A stretch of 64,000 nucleotides of DNA from Flavobacteriales bacterium. Its GTDB lineage: Bacteria; Bacteroidota; Bacteroidia; Palsa-965. The notes below the pieces were generated by a model. That model saw nothing but the letters and a program-made list of their open reading frames with translations. It was not told the DNA's origin and did not search any database. The stretch spans positions 12,954-76,953 of the forward strand of contig JBEIPA010000024.1 in assembly GCA_040377305.1 (NCBI GenBank), read 5' to 3'. The position numbers and the translations under genes were made by a program. Positions 29,901 to 38,329 of the stretch are shown in pieces; position 1 is the first letter of the stretch; each line of letters starts with the position of its first letter.

Positions 29901-31801
29901 GTGATAGTCTGCGTACTGCTGTTCAGCAACCAGTCGATGTAGTTGTTGGTTCCATCGTATGCAGCAATCCGGCTTTCTTCAGAAAGAGGTTGTTCATCGA
30001 TCAACGCTCCACTCAGCTTGTATTGCGAATTAAAGAAAGTTACATCTGCAATTTTCGGTAGTTCAGTACCGGTCGATCCAAGATTACGGAGAATGGTGTT
30101 ACGGAAATCTTTGAAGAGTGAATCCCATTCTGCAGCTGCATTTGGATCCTGCATAGACAGGTAATTCCAGGTGAGCGAATCATCCGTACCAATACGCTGG
30201 TAAAATTCTACAGAGCCTGGTGTAAGACCAATGATGCTCATCAGCAGTTCAAACGGATCTCCACTCTTTCCGGCGTAATCAACACGCTCTGCCATCAGGT
30301 CCCAGCTCTCCTGCAATTTAAGCAGGGCCGTATGCAGTTGCTCGTAGTATGCCGACTGTTTACCGGTTTCCATGGAAGACCATTTCCATTTTCCGAAATG
30401 ACTCACCGGCAAAATACCATACGGTTGATTTGCGACACGGATTGCCGGAAGCGGCCCCCGACCGGTTACGTGTGTTTTGAAAAAATTGCGCGTCAATCCG
30501 ATTGTTGATTCATTGAACAACGGATGCATCATTTCACTCATAAAATACCCAAGCGTAGCCGGCCATAATGCAGTATTCATCAAACGGGCTTCATGGTAGT
30601 CCTTCAGATTACTGTTGGTAATATGATAGAAGTGGTCGTACCGCAGCCCAAGCAAATCCGCGAAACGCTGTCCATCCGTTTGTTCGGATGCAACAGTCGT
30701 TTCCGAAAACAGATTGGATGTTTCTGCGTCATAGGATGTTTCATTTTCAAAACCTGAAGTATTGTAACCACTCGATGCATCTTCGGTATTGTTGGTAGGA
30801 GTTCCCTGCTGCAGGAAAGAAAATCCACTGGTGGAATAATGGTGGTTGTCGATGAGCTCTTCTACGAGTGCCGCGGATGCAGCCGGTCCTGCTGATACGC
30901 GCAACCCGAGAACAACCAACCGATCGATACCTGTTGAAGCAGTAGTCGCATCGAGTTTGATACGCATAGCCATTCCGTTTGCTTCTGCAGCGTGAAAGTC
31001 AAACATCCAGGAAAGTTTCTGGCTTTTGGTAATCTCCCCGGTTTGTTTATCGCGCGATAACTGCAACGATTCTTCTTCGGGATCGGGAGCAAGCTGAAGG
31101 TCGGCCGGAATGCGTGTGCCTTCCTGCTCGAATACAATTTTGCCGCCGGAATATCCTGTTGCCACAAACTTGTCGGGCATTATTTTTACGTGCGGCGCAA
31201 TCGTCCACGAAGCAGATTTAAATTCCGTCGGTTGTTTGAACAGCAGATCGTCGGCACTTGCCGGAGATGCATCAAGATTTTCAGGCCGGGTGCTTTTCAC
31301 AATCCATGCCGCACGATTAGGTCCGGACAACGTAGAGAGCACATCCCAGGCGGTTTGCATTGCCGCATCGTCTGTAGCGATAAATGTATTGGTCCAGTAA
31401 ATTTTTCCCTGTGCAAACTCCTCCTCGGTCAGTAGTTCTTCGTGCGTATGTACTGCAATATCATCAGGAAAAATACGAACCCACAGTTCCGGTCCCGAAG
31501 CAGTGTTTTTAAATTTCGTTTCAATTTTAACCGGGAAGAGCAACGTGGGATAACGATCACTCATCTGCCCAACGAGTGTTTGCTGTGGCAGATTGTTCAA
31601 CTGATCAAGCAGCGCTCCTAATTTTTCGGTACTCACTTTCCATGCACCAAAGGCTGCATTCACGACCTCTGCCGCCTGCGATTGATTTTTGATTCCTGCT
31701 TTCTGCAGTAGTGTACGGGCATGCGATAGTTCTTTCTGCAGTCGCCTGCCCTCCGCTCTTTCTTCATTTAACTGCTGCAGCAGTTGCTGGTAGTTCTCCA
31801 T
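26999..31801 (-). CDS. hypothetical 1600 aa protein, gene 4 of the DUF6603 operon
   Basis: Start at MENYQQ (31801), 14 bp after the previous stop; N-terminal coiled coil, 'LLFPVKIETKF...LWVRIFPDD', 'GTPTNNT', 'SYRLDAW', 'DEWTELIP...TGIAFHYDQP'. Confidence 0.85.
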   Translation of the reverse strand: MENYQQLLQQLNEERAEGRRLQKELSHARTLLQKAGIKNQSQAAEVVNAAFGAWKVSTEKLGALLDQLNNLPQQTLVGQMSDRYPTLLFPVKIETKFKNTASGPELWVRIFPDDIAVHTHEELLTEEEFAQGKIYWTNTFIATDDAAMQTAWDVLSTLSGPNRAAWIVKSTRPENLDASPASADDLLFKQPTEFKSASWTIAPHVKIMPDKFVATGYSGGKIVFEQEGTRIPADLQLAPDPEEESLQLSRDKQTGEITKSQKLSWMFDFHAAEANGMAMRIKLDATTASTGIDRLVVLGLRVSAGPAASAALVEELIDNHHYSTSGFSFLQQGTPTNNTEDASSGYNTSGFENETSYDAETSNLFSETTVASEQTDGQRFADLLGLRYDHFYHITNSNLKDYHEARLMNTALWPATLGYFMSEMMHPLFNESTIGLTRNFFKTHVTGRGPLPAIRVANQPYGILPVSHFGKWKWSSMETGKQSAYYEQLHTALLKLQESWDLMAERVDYAGKSGDPFELLMSIIGLTPGSVEFYQRIGTDDSLTWNYLSMQDPNAAAEWDSLFKDFRNTILRNLGSTGTELPKIADVTFFNSQYKLSGALIDEQPLSEESRIAAYDGTNNYIDWLLNSSTQTITREKFTDAEGNEINPPTAMLYLLLRNAYLQQTWNDVHRLFLTSQVITKPVKEESTVNISSKPAPTKMDYLNADVGKTLPELGITQSITAGDFITKKMSIATSAETNELTDALIDLSKLPTARLERLLTEHLDTCSYRLDAWQTAFYTKRIEALRSQTAGSQDTSEGIYIGAFGWAEDIRPDTAKKIADSSDIPANLREPGKGVVYENRNNGGYIHGVSLNHALTGAVLRSAYLAHADEDNADEMSVNLSSSRVRKALYYQDGIRNGQSLGALLGYQLERGLHENHSPLLLDQYIYVLREAFPLIRSELEVVEPSTAETIGASNVVDGSALVQAYKAKTYPYGVSGLPGATSSEGKAIIAELDALADALDAVGDLSLAESVYQVVQGNFERAGAVMKSVAEGKFPPEPQIVNTPRRGEMITNRVHLHLDVNPSYTEWGTSFGPQASTEKGLNKWLGEMIGDPSKIRCLAEGTFTDEVSGIETVEPGEVDLSALLLQPLELILRTGEQIGSGSSELEKHIAYRFRKAKNLPDSATVLLRILDRDSAWTDDTKTLFEVLPLLKSLRKIVTGCRPLNASDLNLPATAQAAVNENASGYLADDLVNSSATGRLDTVYSDLMNAMNDLVTFAASVTGTYTVVQFDTWREKLLKLSVFGITEAFPVSTVGISATEYTALSSQTVQVAELAAKRLAAARILLDHVPSEGTLSAVPTESELLQEASRKQDELYAKYTDAAKQLLGTSFPLLPRFTITNASEFNSAVANADNLVRYSSANGNPYIAEEWLQGVATVRNQSALLESSLTYALHLTGVSSSLTPVQLPVRTADHWVAVEYPPEMIIDTDILSISALLPATYDATTTQCGLMIDEWTELIPSGKETTGIAFHYDQPNAMPPQTLLLAVTPELKGNWTWGDLMDILNDTLDSAKRRAVEPDLVDKSVYAQFLPAVMTAFSSQPVTISTNFAVNIPVNFLST

Positions 31802-31815
31802 AGTGATGATAATCT

Positions 31816-34800
31816 TTACAACGATGTAAGCATGTCGCGTGCATGTACTGCAATCAGAACAGGTTTCTGGTATAAGATAGAAGCGAGATCTGCACTGTTT
31901 GTTCCCCATTGAACAGTTCCGCCTACAGTTGCTTTGATGGCTTTAGTGATATCAATCACTGGTGATGAACTGTCGAGATGCGACCATGCGAGCTGATCCC
32001 ATTCAGTAGCAATTGCAGGTGTATCGGTTCCTGCTTTATCGAGACCGAAGCGCGGCTCACCCGGAATTTCTCTCAGCACAAAAAACCATCCGAGATCAGT
32101 TACCGGCACACTGTCTTTTTCTTCCTGCGTTTCTTCTTTCACCAGACCCCGCGCCTGTTCCGCCGTAAGATCAAACCCGATGAATGTTACATCCGGTTCA
32201 ATCGATCCGCTGAAGGAAGGATACATGATATTGGCATCATCAATATCCCCACCCAGCGATTCATCAATCGATAATTGTGGCGCATCATCGTCCCATTTTG
32301 CCTTCTGAGCATAGATAACCGTGTTTGGATATTTTTTCAGTACATCACCACGCACCAACAAAACCAACTGGCCATCGGATTCACTTACTGCATGTTGAGG
32401 TTTGCGGTTGGCATGGTCGCCCAGCATGCTGCGCGAGGTCCATGTATGAATCGGTGAAATATCTTTCAGTTGCTCCACCAGTTCTTCCTCGGGAAGCTCC
32501 TGTGTATTGACTACGCGCGACACATCCCAGAACTGACGGAAGCTACTGCCCCGCTGATCGGTTGGATATTCATTCCACAACAGCTCACGACCAAATTCAT
32601 GATTCACACCGGTCATGTATGCTTCAATGAAGGGTTGATTGGATTCCAGTAACGAAATTGTATTCGGCGGAACCAGGTTCAGGTTGGGCAATAAAAGTTC
32701 GGATGAAATATCACGCAGCGGTTCGTACATAGGCTGACGGATATCGGGATACGCCATCGCCGGTACAATCGGGTCTTCTTCCGGTTGAGGTTTGCCGCCT
32801 TTGATCCCCCGGAGAATCCGTATCGAGACGGCTTTCGAAGGCTGGATCGCTACGCGGAGCTTCGTCGCTGCATTCGTAATATCCAATGGTTTTTTCACCG
32901 GCGGAATAAATACCGGCTTCTCAAGAAGCAGTGTAAAATCGATCAGAGCATTTCGCAGACGCTCGCCTTCTGTTCCGGGATTTGGATTGAAGGATCCGTC
33001 GATCACATTGTCGGTTGGCCACGCAGCTCCTCCCGGCTGAGTAAGCACGAAATCTATTCGCGGTTCTGTTTCGCGAATATTGTCAGAAGTGAAATTTTCA
33101 GGAGCTACTAATTCACCCGCACCTGCTTTCTTCGCGGAGTGATTGAGCAGAATCAATGCAGTAACAAGTACAACACCAACAACAACTCCGATCCACGGTT
33201 GATGCATCAGCAGCCAGATGAGAACTGCGATTACAACCGCAAGAAGCAGCCACAACCAGAAGTAATCCGTTATCAGGCGTTTCCATGGCGGAATATTTTT
33301 CTTTAGTGCATCTGCAACTTCTACGGTGTCGGTAATTCCTGCTGGTGTTTCCTTCGGAGGAGCTGCGGTAACCAAACCATCATTGATGCGTCCGATCAGT
33401 TGTCCTTTACGCTGCTCAGCAGGAGTGATTCCCAGGTTCTGCATAAGATTTCCGGAAGGACGCAATGCCCGTCGGAACGTACGGCTGAAAACCGACGAGG
33501 GCAATGCACTTTCTTCCACCTGCTGATAAATAGTCGTTGGACTACCCATCACTTTGGGGTGCACAGGCACGGTAAGCTGAAGAAGTGTTTCCTCCGACAT
33601 TTCCCGGATGTACTTATTGTAAAGCATCTGTCCCGCTTCGATCGCCAGCTGCCCGTAATAAATTTTCTGATTGGCTTCAATAATTTCACCCGCCTGCTGC
33701 CAAGCACTCTGCATGTACGACTGCTGATTCTTCTGCACAACCAATGCTCCCAGTCCTGCCGCACTGCGGTTCCGCGGATCTTTATTCAGCGCGTGAATCC
33801 AGTTTTCATCGGCAGGATCAATTTTTAATCGCGTGACGAGTGCGTGCCACTGTCCATAAAAAGGTGGAGTGATTAAAGGCGTTGCTGTACTCCCGCTCAC
33901 TTTGAGTTCTTCGGGAAGATTTAAAATTTTCTGAACCTGCTCTTCAAACTTTGTCCGGTCGTTCGAATCGGTAAACGTGCGCGAAACTGTTGTCGGTGCT
34001 TTCAGTGCGCCTTCCAATCCTACAATTGCATCGGCACCAAGATTATCAAGACCGAACCCTGGTTCTTCCACGCTGAGATCGCGGATACCTACGTTAGCAT
34101 CCATCACTCGCGGTTTGAGCAGACTCACGAGGTATTCAAAATCGCCACTGGCTCCCGTCCGGAAAAACCATTCGTAATACACAGGGAATTCTTTTCCGGC
34201 TACATCCGCAAGCGACCATGCACGTGTTTGTCCGTCAAGCGTTGCTGATACATCCAGGCCAAGACCGGCAAGACGTCCGCTCTCGAATGAAGGAATCACG
34301 AAAGCATAATATGCTGTATTTTCTTTGAGCGTTCGCTGACTGAATAATCGTGATGCTGCGTTGTCGGGATTCGTTGATAGCAGTGTGTTGAGTTTGCTGT
34401 TATCAGGAATGCTGACACTTCCTTCCACCTGCGAATTCACATGCACGTGCGCCCATGCCCACAGTTGACCAGGATCGGGAAGTACAGCTGATGCAGCTAC
34501 TTTGAGTTTCAGGGATGCAAGCGGACGATTGGCAACAGTAACGCGAGTGAATTCACTTTCTTCCAGTACAAGCAGGTGCAGCCACGGTGTAAGCCGAGCT
34601 GTTGCACTAAGCACCGAAGGTGTGTAACGCCACGGAAAATCTTCGTCGTAAAATTCAATGAACGGCAGGTAGTTCGGTTCAAAATCAGTCACCCAGTTTT
34701 TGGGTTCTGTGCGAACGACCATATTCTTATTGATACCAAGAATATCGCCTGGTCCTACGACCTGCACTTTGATATCTACCGGCGAAGAGGTCTCATCATT

Positions 34801-34911
34801 CACAACGACACTCACATCTATTTCAGCGCGGGGTTTACCCGATGCTGGAGTGATGGTGTTGGAAATTCCTTTACGGAGCCAGGGCAGAAAGGTATAATGG
34901 CTATTGCTCAT
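31816..34911 (-). CDS. hypothetical 1031 aa protein with a central hydrophobic hairpin, gene 3 of the DUF6603 operon
   Basis: 'FLPWLRKG', 'DFPWRYTP', 'GDFEYLV', 'NHEFGRELLWNEYPTDQRG'; TM pair at about 550-590; ATGA overlap with gene 2. Confidence 0.85.
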   Translation of the reverse strand: MSNSHYTFLPWLRKGISNTITPASGKPRAEIDVSVVVNDETSSPVDIKVQVVGPGDILGINKNMVVRTEPKNWVTDFEPNYLPFIEFYDEDFPWRYTPSVLSATARLTPWLHLLVLEESEFTRVTVANRPLASLKLKVAASAVLPDPGQLWAWAHVHVNSQVEGSVSIPDNSKLNTLLSTNPDNAASRLFSQRTLKENTAYYAFVIPSFESGRLAGLGLDVSATLDGQTRAWSLADVAGKEFPVYYEWFFRTGASGDFEYLVSLLKPRVMDANVGIRDLSVEEPGFGLDNLGADAIVGLEGALKAPTTVSRTFTDSNDRTKFEEQVQKILNLPEELKVSGSTATPLITPPFYGQWHALVTRLKIDPADENWIHALNKDPRNRSAAGLGALVVQKNQQSYMQSAWQQAGEIIEANQKIYYGQLAIEAGQMLYNKYIREMSEETLLQLTVPVHPKVMGSPTTIYQQVEESALPSSVFSRTFRRALRPSGNLMQNLGITPAEQRKGQLIGRINDGLVTAAPPKETPAGITDTVEVADALKKNIPPWKRLITDYFWLWLLLAVVIAVLIWLLMHQPWIGVVVGVVLVTALILLNHSAKKAGAGELVAPENFTSDNIRETEPRIDFVLTQPGGAAWPTDNVIDGSFNPNPGTEGERLRNALIDFTLLLEKPVFIPPVKKPLDITNAATKLRVAIQPSKAVSIRILRGIKGGKPQPEEDPIVPAMAYPDIRQPMYEPLRDISSELLLPNLNLVPPNTISLLESNQPFIEAYMTGVNHEFGRELLWNEYPTDQRGSSFRQFWDVSRVVNTQELPEEELVEQLKDISPIHTWTSRSMLGDHANRKPQHAVSESDGQLVLLVRGDVLKKYPNTVIYAQKAKWDDDAPQLSIDESLGGDIDDANIMYPSFSGSIEPDVTFIGFDLTAEQARGLVKEETQEEKDSVPVTDLGWFFVLREIPGEPRFGLDKAGTDTPAIATEWDQLAWSHLDSSSPVIDITKAIKATVGGTVQWGTNSADLASILYQKPVLIAVHARDMLTSL

Positions 34912-37900
34912 GCGTTGACTTCATAAGAAGGTACGACTTGTATTTTTTTAGAAAGTGAAGGAGAAGCACGTTTGATCTCTTCCATTTTCAATAAAGCTTC
35001 ACGCTCAGAATCAAAATAATAATCAGGAGCATAAGGCTGTAGATTGCTTGTATTCGCAATAACGAACTGCTCGGTATTAATAGTTATGCCTTTCTTCGCA
35101 CCAGCTCTCTGATTTTTCTTTTTTCCCGACAACGGAGAGTTTGCAAGAGCATTCCCGTTAAGGAAACTAGTAAACAACGCGAGTGGCAGTTTGAGGAAAA
35201 TCAGCGGACGCGCTTTACGCAGGTACTTCACTTCATACTCCACTTCTTTATGCACCATGTAATCAGTTCGCGCATCGTTCACGCCGCTGATGCTTGCGCC
35301 AGATTTGTATTTCTCAAAATCCTTGTGCGAAAGTTTTTCCGCATCGGTCATGGTAAAATACTGCGCGGGTGCAAATTCTTCCTTCACAGTGGAAAGCGCG
35401 GCCGGGCTACCGCCCATGTTTACCTCTGAGATACTAAACTCCGAATCGCCGCTCAATGGCTGACTTCCGAACTTCTGGATCGTCATGTCGAGCGGCACCA
35501 CTTTCTGCGATACGGAAAGCGTGCCGAAAGGGTGGGCAATTATTTCTCCTTCTGCCGGTTGTATTTCTGCGAGCGTTACCATCAGGTTGCTGTTGGAAGG
35601 AAAAGCGACGGTCCAGTTGTTTTTTTCTTTGAGTGCAGAAATGAGTTTCGGCAATACATCCACCGGTTCGAGCGCGGTGTTGCTTTCGTCGCCGAATGTC
35701 TTATTGATACTGACTTTGATTTTGACAAAGAGTATCTTGAAGCTCGCAGATCCTTTCGCGTGCCAGGGAGATGGACCGTCGAGCGAAAGTGAAAGCCGTA
35801 AACTGAGAATATCTTCGCCGGAGAAACTAACACTTAGCGAAGCCTTGATCTCCGCAATAAAATAGAACGGTGAGAACTGGAAGAGCACGTCGAACCCGAT
35901 GTACCCTTCAATCTTGAATCCTGCTTTGGAAATGTAAAGTTGTCCGTTCGCTCCGAACTGCGCAGTGTTGGATGTGACTGCAAAATAAGTTTCGACTCGC
36001 AGACGTGGATTGTTTCCGGGGAACAAACTGAAACCAAGACGTTGCATTTCTCCGAGAGCAAGGCCAGCTGGAGGCGTATACGAAGGATGAAATCCTCCTG
36101 CAGAAAGTACGAATACAGGATTCTCTCCCCACGAAAGACGAAGTGCCATATCGCCGGTAAGCGCAAACGTCAGCAATTTTGAATCGAACAACGAGGCATC
36201 AAATGAAATCGCGCCCTTCTCAAAATCGATCAGACCAAGAAAATTCACCTGGAGGCTGAGCAGTTTGAAATTTTCGTCGGGCAATAATGTTTTGAGCACA
36301 CCCAGAATAGCAATTCTTACCGGGTCAGGAATCTCAATGATCAATCCCATTTCAATCGTGACCAGCGTAGGCGTACCCCAACCGATTTTAGCCATTGGTC
36401 CGAAAAGGTGTTGTCCTTCCTGTATCGGAAACACACGTTGCAGATCACTGATTATTCGTGCGGCGTTTGCTACAATATTCTCCGGGAATAAAATGCTTTT
36501 CAGTGAACCGTCTTTGACACCCGACTGCAGCACCGTGGTTATACACGTGCGGTTAATTCCGATGAGTCCGCCAACACCATTCAGCGTAAATCCGTATCCA
36601 AGCTGAATAGGTGTGAAATCGGCAGTGATGATGAGCAGCAGTGAAAAACCGCTGCTGCCATCCGGCATTTTTGTATTCAGAATACCAATTGCGCGTAATG
36701 CGATCAGGTCTTTGAATTCGAGTTCAAGTCCACCGCTGTATTCACCTTTTTCGTTGTCGAAGAATAGGAATCCACCGCCGGTGAAACCTTGCGCATTAAT
36801 GGAAAGGCCGATTCCTGTGGGCGGGAGAAAGCCAAGATCAACACCGAACGGTCCGGAATTTCCTCCATCGAATGTTGCGACCACCTGCAAACCGATTCCC
36901 TGTACAACAAACTGCAAGGGCCCCAGTACACCACTAATGGATACTCCGCTTTCAATCGTAACTGCAGGACGCGGAGAGGTTTCTCCTTTGAGCCGCAACT
37001 GAACGGCATCAATGGAGATCGGTCCGATAGCCAGGTGTGGATGCAATTCAATTTCAAATCCACCGCTTCCCGTAAAGCTGATACCGGAAATACTGGACCA
37101 ACGTATTCCTAAGGGAATATTGATTCGTTGCTCCGAAGTACCAAGTATGTTCTGTATAAATCCATCACCTTGACCGGGAGTAATAATAACTGCGAGCTCT
37201 TTCAGCATCGCTTCCACTATTACTTCGAGTCCGCTACTCTGGTAGTCGACTTCAAGTGCGAGACTGGCACCTTTCAGTTCGATACGGGTTTCATTGGTAT
37301 TTCCGAGAAGAATTACTGCGTCTGTGGGATGATAATCAAGGGTGATTCCGAATCCTGCTTCCGGCAAAGCGGTTTCGTCGGAGAACGGATAGCGGATAGA
37401 AATTTCTTCGGGACGAATGAGGATGCCGAAGAGAGAGGAGATGTTGGAGTTGGCTCGGATTGCCAGTGACAGTGTATCAGAAATTGCAATTGTGGTTGAA
37501 ACTTCGGAAGGTACAAGCGGTTGTACAATAATGCCTGGCAGTGCAGTATCTGTTGCAGGAAGATCCAGAATGGAAATTCCTATTGGTTGTACTTTTTCGC
37601 CAATCAGCAGGTAAAGGTATGGCAGCCTAATTTCAAAACGAATTTGTGGATTATCATGATCTCCTGATTCCAATACACCGCAATAGCCTTCCGAAAATGC
37701 TTCATTCGGTTTTGCAAGAACCGGTCGAAAATTTAATGCAGCAAACAAACTCATCAGGTGGTCTGCAATAAGACCGTAATCGGGATCATCTGTACCCCAA
37801 CCGTAAATGCGCTCAGGTAAAGAACCCGGATCAAGTAGTATAGCAGGGATCTGATCCCATTTCACCTGAGTATGTATAAAAGACGGACGACCCGATACAG

Positions 37901-38327
37901 ACTTCACCTGCACCTGTTCAATTACACCTACCATTCTCGCAATCGTAAACACAGTTGGCTGACTTGCTTTCAGGTATTGAACAAGTAGATATTCAAACAG
38001 GCGTTCAGCCAACTCGCTGAGAAATGTGGCAGGATCGGCAACTCCCGAAGGGACATCCGTGATAGCACGGCTTGCATCGTAAACAGCTTTGATCTTCACG
38101 AATACCTGCTGCACTTCACTCACTCCCGGCGTAGCAGATAAGGCTTCAACCGCATCAACGGCCGCTGTCACTTTATCTGCCAGGTCGCTGTAGGTCGCAG
38201 GTAAGCTGTCAGTATTCCAACCGAGATTATATATGAACCGTTTAAAACTTTCCTCATCAGAAAAAGCAGTGCGCAGCGGTTGCAGTGCAGCTACTAATTC
38301 TTTAGCTAGTGATTCCAGTGTTGCCAT
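34908..38327 (-). CDS. DUF6603-like large beta-strand-rich protein, gene 2
   Basis: 1139 aa; long run of Gly-rich amphipathic strands 'FLPPTGIGL...GGGFL...IQLGYGFTLNGVGGLIGINR...SAGGFHP...FDVLFQFSPFYF'; family call from motif recall. Confidence 0.7.
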   Translation of the reverse strand: MATLESLAKELVAALQPLRTAFSDEESFKRFIYNLGWNTDSLPATYSDLADKVTAAVDAVEALSATPGVSEVQQVFVKIKAVYDASRAITDVPSGVADPATFLSELAERLFEYLLVQYLKASQPTVFTIARMVGVIEQVQVKSVSGRPSFIHTQVKWDQIPAILLDPGSLPERIYGWGTDDPDYGLIADHLMSLFAALNFRPVLAKPNEAFSEGYCGVLESGDHDNPQIRFEIRLPYLYLLIGEKVQPIGISILDLPATDTALPGIIVQPLVPSEVSTTIAISDTLSLAIRANSNISSLFGILIRPEEISIRYPFSDETALPEAGFGITLDYHPTDAVILLGNTNETRIELKGASLALEVDYQSSGLEVIVEAMLKELAVIITPGQGDGFIQNILGTSEQRINIPLGIRWSSISGISFTGSGGFEIELHPHLAIGPISIDAVQLRLKGETSPRPAVTIESGVSISGVLGPLQFVVQGIGLQVVATFDGGNSGPFGVDLGFLPPTGIGLSINAQGFTGGGFLFFDNEKGEYSGGLELEFKDLIALRAIGILNTKMPDGSSGFSLLLIITADFTPIQLGYGFTLNGVGGLIGINRTCITTVLQSGVKDGSLKSILFPENIVANAARIISDLQRVFPIQEGQHLFGPMAKIGWGTPTLVTIEMGLIIEIPDPVRIAILGVLKTLLPDENFKLLSLQVNFLGLIDFEKGAISFDASLFDSKLLTFALTGDMALRLSWGENPVFVLSAGGFHPSYTPPAGLALGEMQRLGFSLFPGNNPRLRVETYFAVTSNTAQFGANGQLYISKAGFKIEGYIGFDVLFQFSPFYFIAEIKASLSVSFSGEDILSLRLSLSLDGPSPWHAKGSASFKILFVKIKVSINKTFGDESNTALEPVDVLPKLISALKEKNNWTVAFPSNSNLMVTLAEIQPAEGEIIAHPFGTLSVSQKVVPLDMTIQKFGSQPLSGDSEFSISEVNMGGSPAALSTVKEEFAPAQYFTMTDAEKLSHKDFEKYKSGASISGVNDARTDYMVHKEVEYEVKYLRKARPLIFLKLPLALFTSFLNGNALANSPLSGKKKNQRAGAKKGITINTEQFVIANTSNLQPYAPDYYFDSEREALLKMEEIKRASPSLSKKIQVVPSYEVNA

Positions 38328-38329
38328 GC